DNA from: Gracilinanus agilis
Lineage: Eukaryota
Assembly (NCBI RefSeq): GCF_016433145.1
Contig: NC_058132.1
Coordinates: 298,419,267 to 298,483,266, forward strand
Direction: 5' to 3'
DNA length: 64,000 nt
In this document: piece by piece, positions 23,419 through 35,755 of the stretch
Numbering within the stretch: the stretch's first letter is position 1
Layout: each line of letters starts with the position of its first letter
Program-made: the position numbers and the translations under genes
The notes under the pieces: generated by a model
What the model was told of the DNA's origin: nothing
The model's database searches: none
The model's input: the letters and a program-made list of their open reading frames with translations, nothing else

Positions 23419-25099
23419 GATCTGTATATATACATATATGATATCACATATTGTTAATTATATTAATATTTTATATTATACAAGGCTTGCTATATGAATT
23501 ATACATATATAATACATTAATTAATATTAAATTAATTATAATGCATGAATTAGCACCATGTCTGACTCTCAATGGAAGGCTTCTTTTCCTGTTCCTTTTA
23601 CTTATGAGGTAGCTATGATTATACCTGGCATGAAATCTGAGGTTCGGAGAGATTCGGTTTTATTATTTTACATTTACTTAGTATTTTTAACTTTCCGAAG
23701 CCATTTACATGTACCCTTTTAAATATAGATTCAGGAAAACTTGTGACTCCAAAGATGTCATGAATGAATGATGAAAATGATAAGTGAAGGAATCCACCAT
23801 AGAACTGTAACACTAGTTCCCTGGAGACCTTGGGTTCTGAGGTTAATCGGTCCTGAAAATTATGGCATGGTTCTCTACCAGCATAGCACAATTTACCAAC
23901 TGTACAGATCATAAGTTTAACAGCCAAATCATTTAGTTAAGTAAGATAAAAAAGATATAAAAGTAATGTAAGTCAATCAAGTGGCAGAGTTGTGCTTTCT
24001 ACACACAAATCTCCTATAATTCCAAAGGTGATAGATACAATAGTAGGTGAGGAAACTATTCTTTAGTGAATTAGTGGGCCAATGGGAAAGAGCTTCAGGC
24101 CCCATTTTCTGCCCCTACCTTTTGTTATGGTGATCTGCTATAGTCCTTTGGCACCATATTCAGCTTTCTGGTTCTGGGCTGCCAATTCTTTCCATAGGGA
24201 ATTAATCTCCAGAGTTTCTGTCCTCTCAAGTGTAGCTGCAGGGCCAGCATCAGTATTCAGCAGACTACAGTTTATGTCCCTAGGTTACCTTGATATGGCT
24301 GCTTCTGAATATCCCAACCCTCCTCTTTTCATATATGGCTCCATGTCTCGTTTCTTTCTCTTTTCTGAGTGGCTCCGTCTTTTTCTTTTTTCCAAGTCTA
24401 TGGTGCCCATCACAATCTCTATCCTATCACAAATCTCCTGCGATTCTGACACGCTAGAACATCTGTCCCTAAACTCCCAGGGTCATCTAGCTGTTCCCTT
24501 AAGTCATTATTATGGGAAATCTCCCATTAAAACAGACTGGGCACTGTTGAGCCAGAGTGCTTAGGGTGAAATGTGTACTCCTGAGGCTTTGCCTTCTCAT
24601 AGTAGAATGGGTTAAAATTATTTTCTCCTTACCTCCTGGAATGAACCAACCAATAGATTAAAAAATATTAATTCTGAGCTTTTTAGTATAATAAAGTCAG
24701 GAAGGAAGTTTGGAAGGGGGCAAGGAAAGAAATAATGAAGGCCTTTCTTCATGTCTTTAATTTCCTGACATGAAAAAACAATGGAACTCTGATTAAAGTC
24801 TGATTACAGTACTTTGGCATCCTTACAAAATATACAGAAAGAAAGTGTAAGTAAAAAAAATGCCCTTTTTCCATCTTAGACCATGTGGAAAATTTTGTTA
24901 GATCCTGATGATCTTTTGTACAATGTCCAACCATCAACTCCACTCTTCCTTTTCAAGCCAGTACAAATGACGTTACCATTTCCCCCCAGCTATTCCAATA
25001 TAATATTAAGAAAATAAACCTGGATGTATTAAAGGAGAAAAAGGAAGAGTACCTACATAACTGGTACATAATAATGCTAATGGGCATTCATATAGAACT

Positions 25100-25300
25100 T
25101 TGAAGTTTCCCAAGCTGCATTATCTCAGTTGAGTCTCATAAAGAACCTGTAAAAACATACTATGGGCCTATTATTTACTTTGTATAAATGAGGAAACTGA
25201 GTCTCAGAGAGATTAGGCTATTTACCTTATAGTAATATAGTTAATAAATGTCAGAAGAAGTCTTCTTGACTGCAAATCTAGCACTCTATCCACTAGGTCA
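25100..25300 (-). mobile_element. MIR SINE
   Basis: aaatgaggaaactgagtctcagagag...tcttcttgactgcaaatctagcactctatccact. Confidence 0.8.
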
Positions 25301-25324
25301 CATTTCAGGAAATCATACCTAAGG

Positions 25325-25440
25325 GACAAATCTGGCTGCCCATCTATTTTTATATGCACAGAGAGCTAAGAATGTTTTATTTTTATATTTTTAAATATAA
25401 TAAAATTTCATTATAAAATATAAAAATTATTTTAATAGGA
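25325..25440 (+). mobile_element. hAT-type DNA transposon fragment
   Basis: ggacaaatctggctgcccatctattttt...gagctaagaatgtttt resembles the 5' ends of MER58/Charlie-type elements. Confidence 0.5.
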
Positions 25441-25459
25441 CTAGTATACCAACCTCTGC

Positions 25460-25634
25460 ACTAGGGTCTGTGAATTTGTTTAAAAAAATTTTTTTGATAA
25501 TTGTATTTTGAAATAATTAGTTTCCTTTGTAGTTCTATTATTTTATGCATTTAAAACATTATTCTGATAAGAGGTTCATAGGCTTCCCAAAATTGCTAAA
25601 GAGGTCCACGACCCAAAAAAGGATAAAAACTCTG
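25460..25634 (-). mobile_element. hAT-Charlie (Charlie4-like) MITE
   Basis: Reverse complement of the 10755 element motif (tatgcatttaaaacattattctg...ttcataggcttc). Confidence 0.78.
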
Positions 25635-26419
25635 GACTAGGTTCTACTGCCAGTGGAAAACATTTTACCCCAAAGCATAATCCTGAGCTTTGGTATCAAT
25701 TCAAAAGATATTTATCTAGAAGGGTTAGAACCTCTAATAACATCCTGGATGTGCTTCCAATGTCTCAGCTCTGAACATTCTCTTTTGTCCCTCTCTGGGC
25801 CTAGATATGCATTTCCCAAAAGCATCAGGCTATATTTTATGTGCATGTTGGGGTAAAGGACTGATTCTGAAATTACTGCAGCCTTGAATGCACTGATGGC
25901 TTTGTAAACGAGGGTGGTTTGCTTTTGGCTTTGGCATGGTCTTGTTCATTGCTCATTTATACCCCAAGATTTTCTAAAGGCAGAGCTAGCAGCTGAGTGG
26001 GAGCCCACTAATTTTTTTCAGCCTAGGAAGAGATCTGACAAGACTCTTCAGGCTTTCCATCAGGGAGAAGACACTCTTCATTTGTCCGCAACTGGCATTA
26101 AGCGCTATGGTTGGGAACTCAGGGAGAAACCAACCCTGCCCCCGAAATATTTTATTGTAGTTTATGTCATAACCAAGGACTTGGGTAAAGCACTCCTGCT
26201 TCATTCACCCAAGGGACAGCAAACTAGCCAAAACCAAGACTGCTGTGGGTAATTTATAAATATTACACTAGAAAGAATCGTGGCTGTCTTTCCTGTAATT
26301 CTCGGCATTGCTGAAAGAATATATGCCCCTGTGTTTAGATCCAACTTCAACTAAAACGAGAAAAAGTAGAAGTACTAGGAAATCTGGAAGTGGAGGCAGA
26401 TAAAAATAACAACAACTAA

Positions 26420-27120
26420 TAATAATAATAATAGCTATTATTTGCATAGTGCTTTAAAGTTTGCAGAGTACAAATATTCATTCATCCTAACCTCACAAAA
26501 ACCCTGGGAAGTAGATACCCTCATCACTTCCATTTTATAGAAGAGGAGACTTGCCCAGGGTCACTTGGCTAGTTAAGTGTCTGAGGCTTTATTTGAACTC
26601 AGATCTTCCTAACTAAATGGCTCTTCCATTGTGCCATCTAGAAACAGGAAGTTCGAGCTGGTAGATAGTAACTTTCTCTTTTGGTATCAGGCTCTTAGTT
26701 TACAGAAGATACTTAGGTAGACTCCTTCCCTTTTCAGGAGTATTCTCTCTGTAGAGGAAAGCTTCATATTTTTAAAGGAAAGAATTGGGGGAAATTATTT
26801 ATTAAGTATCTATTATATGCTAGGCATCATGGTAAGTGATTTACAAATATTATCTCATTGATTTTACAACAACCCTGGGAAGTAGACTGTCATTATCCCT
26901 ATTTTTTTAAATGGTGTATAGAACATAGGATTGTACATGTAGATCTCTAGAGGGCATCTCAGAGACCCTCAAGTCTAGTCCTTTAGTTTTTGAGGTGAAG
27001 AAACAAGCCCGAGGAGGTTAAATCATTTTCCTGGGTCACATAGATAGTAAGGATCAGATGTGGGCTTTAAACCCTTCCGTTCTAATGCTAGCCAATGCTC
27101 TTTCTTCTGTATCCCATTGA
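26420..27120 (-). mobile_element. Cluster of MIR/MIR3 SINE fragments
   Basis: Three MIR-like blocks (gtgctttaaagtttgcag...; aaatattatctcattgattttacaacaaccctgggaagtag; gaggtgaagaaacaagcccgaggaggttaa). Confidence 0.7.
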
Positions 27121-27469
27121 CCAACCCTAGATACTAACAATATTATAGTGAAAATTCAAAATGAACATTAACATAATTTTAAAATGTAAAGACAGAATTT
27201 TTAGGCTTTGCCTAGAAAGCACACATGACTTGCCTTGGTTCTGGGCCCTAGTACTTATAGGAACAGTTCTAAGCAGGTGGGCAGGACTATGCCTTTGATC
27301 CACTTGAAGGAAAAAAATATGGAGACTGTATTCAGTTGTGTAAACTTGCCTTTTTGACTCCTTAGCTGTTTTGGGCTTTATTTAGTTATCTACTCTGTGT
27401 GAAAATCAGTAAGGGGCAGTATGAGGTAGCAGATGGTCAGCTTGGGAGTCATGAAGATCTGGATGAAAA

Positions 27470-27870
27470 GGAAAAGCTTTTATTAATCACATATTATGTA
27501 TGAAGTGATATACCAAGTGCTGGAGATACAAATAGAAAACTGAAATAGTCCCTGCCACGAAGAAGTTCACATTCTTATTTGGAGAGATAAAAAATAAAGG
27601 AGGGTTCATGATCACATTCATGGCAAATAATAGGCTGAGAAAGAAGCAGGGCAAATGGCAGGACTCAAAGGACTTGAAGGGGTAGATGGTCCCTTATGAA
27701 AAAGGTGGAGGGTTAAAGTGCTAGAATGAACTGAGTTGCTGAGAGACCTCCAACAAAGGTAGGGGACATGTGTGAGTTGACATTCAGCTGATGGTGAGTA
27801 TTTTATGTCCGGTGAGAACTGGGCAGTGAGAGTTAGCTGGGGAAAGGAAAACTGAGTAGAGTAAGTACAG
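27470..27870 (-). mobile_element. L2 3' fragment
   Basis: tttattaatcac...gtgctggagatacaaatagaaaactgaaatagtccctgcc...ttcacattct. Confidence 0.7.
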
Positions 27871-27872
27871 TA

Positions 27873-28112
27873 AATAGTTGGTACAGTGAATAGAGTGCTG
27901 GACTTGGATTCAGGAAGAACTAAATTCAAATGTGACCTCAGATACTTATTAGCTGTGTGACTCTAGGCAAGTCACTTAACCCTGTTTGTCTCAGTTTCCC
28001 CATCTGTAAAATGACCTGGGGGAGGAAATGGTGAACCACTACAGTATCTTTGCCAAGAAAATCCCCAAAATGGGGTCATGAAGAGTCAGCACAGCTGAAA
28101 TGGACTAACAAC
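27873..28112 (+). mobile_element. Mar1-type CORE-SINE with a BovB/RTE-like tail
   Basis: CORE gcaagtcacttaaccctg...cagtttcccc plus tail ccactacagtatctttgccaagaaaatcccc...ggggtcatgaagagtcag...aacaac. Confidence 0.88.
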
Positions 28113-28739
28113 ACCTTAAATTACAGGCAAGTGGTGCTGGTTTGTCAAAAGACAGTTCCCTAAGGTAACTGGTTTCTGTTCATAGGTCATCTGCTAGTTG
28201 GTTAGGGACAGGAAGGAGAAAGTCCCCAGAAAATTGTATCATCACTGGCAAGTCACCTGGACTTCTCAGTACCCCAGGCAATCCTTTAAGACTGTGAGTT
28301 ACAGATGAGGTCCTGATTTCCTTTAGTTCAACAAATTTCCATGCTGTGAATTCTCTTTGTAATGAAACCACAGATCTAAACCCATTTTTATCCCTGGGGA
28401 AAAAAAAAGGAATGATCAATGCTGTGTATCAAAGGTGCCTGGAAGATGAAGAGCTAGCTCTGTGAAAAGGAGCTCACTGAAACTTCTGGTATGGCTTTTT
28501 TGTTTCATTAAATGGTATGGGACAGATTTCCAGTGATTTACTTCCTTTAGTCAGTCAATAAACCAATTAATCAATTAAGTATTTATGGCTTTTAAATTAA
28601 ATTTTATTTTTTTAATTAACAAGTATTGATTTTTCTTTCCCTCCTTTTCCAGCCTTTTTATGTTTTGCCCTCCACTCCCTCAACCCCAGAAAATCAAGTT
28701 TGTTTTTAGATACACTAAAATGTCTCTGCTATCCAATCT

Positions 28740-29437
28740 GAAATATCAATAGACAACTGGTGGTTTAGAACTAGAGTTTGACATGACACTGAATTGGATA
28801 GATAGATCTGGGAATTGTCTGCATGGAAATGATCTTTAAACCAATGAGAGCTAATGAGGTAGCTGTAAGAAGAAGAAAAAATGATCCAAGGCAGAGTCTG
28901 GTAGAATACTCACTCTTTGATATGGATAATGAGCCAGCAAAGAAGTAAGAAGTGGTCAGATAGGTAGGAGTTTAACTAGAAGAAAGTAGTGTCATAAAAA
29001 TCCAGAGAGGAAGCCATATCCAATAGAGGAAAGTGACCAAAAGTGTCAAATGAAGCAGATCTATAGGAGAAAAGAAAGACCTATATGATTTGGTAATTAG
29101 TAAATCTTTGATAATTTTGGAGTGACCAAAAAGGTCAAAAGCTAAATTACAAAGGGTTAAGGAGTAAGTGAGAGAACCCAAAGTAGAGGCAGAAAGTGTA
29201 AACAGCTTTTTCAAGAAGTTTGGATAAGAAAGGAAAGAAAAAGGAGTATAGGATAACTTGAGGGGATAGTAGGGTCCAGTCAATGTGTTTTTTAAAGATA
29301 GAAAGACTTGGATATATCTGAAGGTAGCAGGGAAGGAACCAACTGATAGGGAGCAGGAAAATATTCAAGAGCAAATCGGAATTGATGATTCAATTATTGG
29401 GGAAGATGGAATCACATATACAATATAGAAGGACTAG
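28740..29437 (-). mobile_element. L2 ORF2 (RT) remnant, split by the L1 insertion and resuming at about 32284-32340
   Basis: Minus ORF 28972..29283 contains KDLLITKS...DLLHLTLLVT, a decayed form of L2 NDLLIAKS...LDLSAAFDTVDH. Confidence 0.8.
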
Positions 29438-32268
29438 ATTAACAGCAGAAGAAATGGAATACCTAAATAATCCCATATCAGAAAAAGAAATTGAACAAGC
29501 CATCAAAGAACTCCCTAAGAAAAAAATCACCAGGACCTGATGGATTCACAAGTGAATTCTATCAGACATTCAAAGAGCAACTAATCCCAATACTCTACAA
29601 ATTATTTGATATGATAAGCAAAGAAGGAGTCCTACCAAATTCCTTTTATGACACAAATATGGCACTGATTCCAAAGCCAGGGAGATCAAAAACAGAGAAA
29701 GAAAACTACAGACCAATCTTCCTAATGAACATAGATGCAAAAATCTTAAATAGAATACTAGCAAAGAGACTCCAGCAAGTAATTAAGAAGATCATCTACC
29801 ATGATCAGGTGGGATTTATATCAGGAATGCAAGGTTGGTTCAACATTAGGAAAACCATCCACATAATTGACCATATCAACAGTCTAACAAACAAAAATCA
29901 CATGATTATCTCAATAGATGCTGGAAAAGCCTTTGATAAAATACAACATCCATTCCTATTGAAAACACTGAAAAGTATAGGAATAGAAGGACCTTTCCTA
30001 AAAATAATAAAGAGTATATACCTAAAACCATCAACAAGCATCATATGCCATGGCAATAAATTAGAAACCTTCCCAATGAGATCAGGAGTGAACCAAGGAT
30101 CACCTCTATTATTCAACATAGTACTAGAAACACTAGCAGTTGCAATTAGAGAAGAAAAAGAAATTGAAGGTATCAAAATAGGCAATGAGGAGACTAAGCT
30201 ATCACTCTTTGCAGATGACATGATGGTCTACTTAAAAAATCCTAGAGAATCAACTAAGAAGCTTGTAGAAATAATCAACAACTTTAGCAAAGTGGCAGGA
30301 TACAAAATAAATGCACATAAATCATCAGCATTTCTATATATTTCCAACACATTAGAGCAGCAAGAGGTAGAAAGAGAAACGCCATTTAAAATCACCCTAG
30401 ACAATACAAAATGCTTAGGAATCTATCTACCAAAACAAACACAGCAATTATATGAAAACAACTACAAAACACTTTCCAAACAAATAAAACTGGATCTCAA
30501 CAATTAGAAAGCCATTAATTGCTCATGGGTAGGATGAGCTAACATAATGAAAATGACCCTTCTACCCAAATTAATTTACCTATTTAGCGCCATACCTATC
30601 AAACTACCAAAAAACTTTTTTTACTGAATTAGGAAAAACTATAAAAAATTTCATTTGAAATAACAAAAGATCAAGAATATCAAGGGGAAATAATGAAAAA
30701 AAATGTGAAGGAAGGGGGCCTAGCAGTAACAGATATTAAACTATACTATAAAGCAGCAGTCATCAAATCAATACGGTACTGGCTAAGAGACAGAAGGGAG
30801 GATCAGTGGAATAGACTTGGGGTTAAAGACATCAGCAAGACAGTGTATGATAAACCCAAAGAGCCCAACTTTTGGGACATGAATCCACTATTTGACAAAA
30901 ACTGCTGGGAAATTTGGAAAACAATATGGGAGATATTAGGTTTAGATCAACATCTCACACCCTACACCAAGATAAATTCAGAATGGGTGAAAGACTTGAA
31001 TATAAAGAGGGAAACTATAAACAAGTTAAGTGAACACAGAATAGTATACCTGTCAGATCTCTGGGAAAGGAAAGATTTTAAAACTAAGCAAGAGTTAGAG
31101 AAAATTACAAAATATAAATTAAATGGTTTTGATTATATTAGGCTAAAAAGCTTTTGTACGAACAAAAACAATGTAGTAAAAATCAGAAGGGAAACAACAA
31201 ATTGGGAAAAAATCTTTATAACAAAAATCTCTGACAGGGGTCTAATTACTCAAATATACAAGGAGTTAAATCAATTGTATAAAAAATCAAGCCATTCCCC
31301 AATTGATAAATGGGCAAGAGACATGAATAGGCAATTTTCAGGTAAAGAAATCAAAAGTATCAATAAGCACATGAGAAAGTGTTCCAAATCTCTAATAATT
31401 AGAGAAATGCAAATCAAAACAACTCTGAGGTATCACCTCACACCTAGCAGATTGGCTAAAATGAAAGAAGGGGAGAGAAATGAATGCTGGAGGGGATGTG
31501 GCAAAACTGGGACATTGATGCATTGCTGGTGGAGTTGTGAACTGATCCAACCATTCTGGCTGGCAATTTGGAGCTATGCTCAAAGGGCTATAAAAGAATG
31601 CCTGCCTTTTGATCCAGCCATACCATTGTTGGGTTTGTAACTGAAAGAGATCATAAAGAAACAGACTTGTACAAAAATATTTATAGCTGCGCTCTTTGTG
31701 GTGGCAAAGAACTGGAAAACGAGGGTATGTCCTTCAATTGGGGAATGGCTGAACAAATTGTGGTATATGCTGGTGATGGAATACTATTGTGCTCAAAGGA
31801 ATAATAAACTGGAGGAATTCCATGTGAACTGGAAAGACCTCTGGGAACAGATGCAGAGCGAAAGAGCAGAGCCAGAAGAACACTGTACACGGAGACTGAT
31901 ATACTATGGCAAAATCGAATGTAATGGACTTCTGTACCAGCAGAAAGCAATGACATAGGACAGTTCTGAGGGATTTATGGTAAAGAATGCTACCCACATT
32001 CAGAGGAAGGACTGCAGGAGAGGAAACATATAAGGAAAACAACTGCTTGAACGCATGGATTGAGGCGGACATGATTGGGGATGTAGACTGGAAACTACCA
32101 CAACAATGCAAGTATCAACAATTTGGAAATAGGTCTTGATCAATGACACATGTTGAAACCAGTGGAAATGTGCATCGGCCATGGGTGGGGGGAGTGAGGG
32201 GGCTGAAGGGGAAAATAGGAACATGAATCATGTGTTAAAAATGAATATTAATAAATGTTTAAAAAAAT
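29438..32268 (+). mobile_element. 5'-truncated LINE-1 (L1_Mdo-like): disrupted ORF2 RT and C-terminal domain, 3'UTR, A-tail, 15-bp TSD
   Basis: ORF 29491..30507 has L1 RT motifs ([35 protein letters not shown]). ORF 30693..31640 ends with the Cys-rich CWRGC...HCWW. Stop at 30505 and frameshifts. TSD atatagaaggactag at 29423-29437 and 32269-32283. Confidence 0.98.
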
Positions 32269-34089
32269 ATATAGAAGGACTAGTCTTGGTAAGAAGAAGG
32301 ATCACCTATCTGCCTTTCGAGATGAAAAAGAGGTAATTCATACCTCTATCAATGAATTATGTAGGCTCTTTGCTTTACTGAAAATGGGTTTTGTCCTTGT
32401 TTCTTATCAAATCATGATTTTCTTTTCATTTTAAATAAAAGACATTCAAATGGATATGATGAGTCCTTTTTTGCAGTAAGGATATTAATTTCTTCTTTAG
32501 AAGCAGGTGTGTCCTGTGGTTTGTATTTAAGAAACCTACCAATTCCATTCAATCCAGCAAGCATTTATTAAACTTTGGCACCATCTTTAGTGCCTGAGGA
32601 CCTAAAACAATGTTGATACCTTAGGGAGCTTGCAGTCTGAATTTAGCAAAAGAAGGAGTAGTGCAAAGGCTCCACTGCCTGACAGCCACATCTGTACCAA
32701 CCCCTTGAGATGGTGCTTCTCTTGGCTCTTCTTGATAATTTTATTTTATTTTTTGGCACATGCTAGGTAACTTCAGATTGGAACAACTAAGGTTCTTTAT
32801 CAAGTTTGATCAGAATCATTGCTCTTTCTTACAGTGTGAATTTTGGGGACACGTGGCAGTTGGTGTGATTTCAAGTTGGGAAAGACAGGCATTGGGAATG
32901 GCTCAACATCTTTTTTCCAGGTGAAGGAAGGACTTGTGTCACAAATCTTTATCAAACCCTATTGAACATTGTCCAGATATGTCCTCTTCATCTTGTTTGG
33001 GGGGGGGGGGTCCTAAAAATACTTTGGGAACAGGGATGACCTTCTGGGTTTTCAGATTTAAGGAAGAAAAGATCATGGATTCTGATGAATTTGTATTGCT
33101 CAAGTAATGAAGACATTTCATACCATGTGAGGGGCAAGAATGTGAATCTTCTGTGGCCCTTTTGAAATTTCAAGTCAGAGGAAGTTTTTCATGCCATATG
33201 AAAAAACTTTCATACTTCTGAGCCATAACATGGACATTATATGGGAAACTCTCCTAATATACATTATTTTTAAATTTTGAGGCCCTTCATACTAGATTAG
33301 AGGTGTTTCTCAAGACCTCACTTGTAGCAGATATGAAATGAAGTCATTGGATGAGGTGCCTTCCTGCTCTAAGAGTCTATATTTTTATAAATTCTATTTC
33401 AATTAATCAAGGTTAGTGGTTTTTTTTAATAAAGGCAAAAGAAGTGTTATGAGTGAATTCAAATGTAGAGTTTTTTGTTATACTTATTTATATTCAGAAT
33501 GGAGGTGGAAGTTCTTGATTTGCATTTAGGATATATAGGAGATATATATTTAACGCTATAGTTTTTCTATGAAATCCCCCTGATTTGTAATCTTGCTCAA
33601 GCTCCCTGTAGCAGCTGTGCTTTGGAAAGCCTGCCAATCCCAATGGTGATAGAAGGAGCAAAGAATTAGAAACATATGTAGGGATTGATAAATTTACCTA
33701 TTTCTTATGCACAGCAGAATGATGGTATTCCCTATGCACATTTCGTGCCTCAGTCACAGCTGTGATTCTGTGTTAAGCCAGTTTTACTCGTGTCATTTGT
33801 AACCAAAGTCAGAGATGGATTTAAACGGGGCAGAAAGCCCAAGATGCTCAAAGTCATTATTCACATCCTTTTCCTTATTGGTGTAGGTCAGGAACAAGGT
33901 AGTTGTGACTGTGTCATCCAGAGGAAATATGGATGCATTGACCTTTTGATCTTTGGAAATTTAAATATAGGACACTTGACAGGATCAAATTCACCATTTG
34001 ATAATTCAGCTAGGAAATAATCATCTTAATTCTCGTTTTTTCCTCTCACCCCAGAAGTGAGTTCTTTTTATCATTACTTCATTACTAAA

Positions 34090-34382
34090 GAGTGGAAGAT
34101 CTGAATTCAAATCCAACCTCAGGCATTTACTAGCTATGAGACCCAGAACAAGTCATTTAACCTGTACCTGCTTCAGTTTCCTAATCTGTAAAATGACGAT
34201 AATTATAGCCTATTTCCCAGGGTTGTTGTAAGGATAAAATAAGGCAACAATAGTAAAATATTTTTCAAACCTTAAAGAGGGAAGGGAAAAATCATGAATC
34301 ATGTAACCATGGAAAAATATTCTACATAAATTTTAAAACAAAACAAAACAATAAAAACCTTAAAAGCTATATAAATGCTAGT
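34090..34382 (+). mobile_element. MIR SINE with a very short L1 3' end (about 34278-34355) inserted near its 3' end
   Basis: MIR CORE cagtttcctaatctgtaaaatg. L1 terminus catgaatcatgtaaccatggaaaaatattc is flanked by aaaccttaaa on both sides. Confidence 0.75.
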
Positions 34383-34610
34383 NNNNNNNNNNNNNNNNNN
34401 NNNNNNNNNNNNNNNNNNNNNNNNNNNNNNNNNNNNNNNNNNNNNNNNNNNNNNNNNNNNNNNNNNNNNNNNNNNNNNNNNNNNNNNNNNNNNNNNNNNN
34501 NNNNNNNNNNNNNNNNNNNNNNNNNNNNNNNNNNNNNNNNNNNNNNNNNNNNNNNNNNNNNNNNNNNNNNNNNNNNNNNNNNNNNNNNNNNNNNNNNNNN
34601 NNNNNNNNNN
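34383..34610. other. Assembly gap (228 N)
   Basis: Run of N. Confidence 1.
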
Positions 34611-34775
34611 GTTTGGAAGGAAATTCTTCTTATTCAGATGTATATCCTATCTACATGTGATTACATCATTATCTGAAGCTTTTTAAAGAATTCATCAGAA
34701 TGGCTTACTTATTCAGATATGTTTTGGAAAGAGAGTTAGCATTTTCATGTAAGTGAAACCAGGCTTAATTTTACC

Positions 34776-34970
34776 CAAGGCTTTTTAACCTTCTTTTGTG
34801 TCCTGGACCCCTTTGGTGGTCTGGTGAAGCCTTTTTAGAATAATGATTTTAAATATGCAAAATAAAATGCATAGTGTTACAAAAGACACCAATTACATTG
34901 AAAAATAGTCATCCAAATGTGTATTTAAAAAAAACCACCAAGTTGGAGAGCCCCAGGTTAAGAACCTTTG
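34776..34970 (+). mobile_element. hAT-Charlie (Charlie4-like) MITE
   Basis: caaggctttttaacc...ggacccctttggtggtctggtgaagcc...ccccaggttaagaacctttg; TIR-like ends. Confidence 0.85.
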
Positions 34971-35284
34971 GCTAGCGAGATTTCCTTTGTTTCTGGAGGG
35001 GCTAGCAGTCTATAGCAGCTGAGCCAGAACAAAGACCTCTCATCCAAGTTAGAGCGAATATGCCACCAGAGAAATCAGGCTTCTGGCAGTTTGTTGAAAA
35101 TAGAATAATGATGACTTGAGACCAGGGAGATTCCACCCCCAGGGGCTTCAGAGCTAGAAATAGATTTACTGTGTCATTTTCTCTGCCTATCATTTCCATA
35201 CAGGTGAAATCGAGGGAAGTAATTTAAGGGCTGCCTTGAAGGGGAAATGATATTTTTGTTTTTGATTTTAGAAAAGAGTGGGCA

Positions 35285-35450
35285 TAGATTTAGAGCTGGA
35301 AGGGACCTTAGAGGTCAATCAGCTAGACCAACCCTCTCGATTTATGGATAAGAAAGTTGATGTCCAGAGTGGTTAAATGTTGTCCAGGGCCACACAGGCA
35401 GCTGAGCTAGGATTTAAATTTATGCCTTCTGATTCTAGGTCCAGCACCCT
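35285..35450 (-). mobile_element. MIR3-type SINE
   Basis: gatttagagctggaagggaccttagagg...gtccagggccacacagg...aggtccagcaccctttcca. Confidence 0.75.
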
Positions 35451-35569
35451 TTCCAATACTTGATATCCTCCCAGGGAAGCAGAGTGGTGAGCCATTAACA
35501 ACTCTGCTTTGGTGATGGTTGGGTGGACTATAGGCTGATTTTAGGCATATATAACTCAGATCATTTATA

Positions 35570-35755
35570 CATGCAAGCATAGCATACACATACATATATA
35601 CATATCTATATGTGAATATGTACATGCATATATACAATACATAAATATGTGTGTATATAGGTCTGTGTATATGTGTACACACACACATTTATTTATTTGA
35701 TTATTTAAATTTATTTCTAATTAATTAATTGATTGATTGATTGATTGATTTAATT
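35570..35755. repeat. (CA/TA)n-rich and (TTGA)n simple repeats
   Basis: catacacatacatatata...acacacac; ttgattgattgattgattga. Confidence 0.85.

Noticed and set aside
24082-24564. 160-aa ORF (also 23619..23927, 25914..26252, 51156..51566)
   Set aside because: No recognisable domain, low-complexity S/L/F bias and no supporting splice or gene context. Consistent with chance ORFs.
29570-32224. Minus-strand ORFs over the L1
   Set aside because: Antisense frames of L1 ORF2 and 3'UTR, a common artefact.
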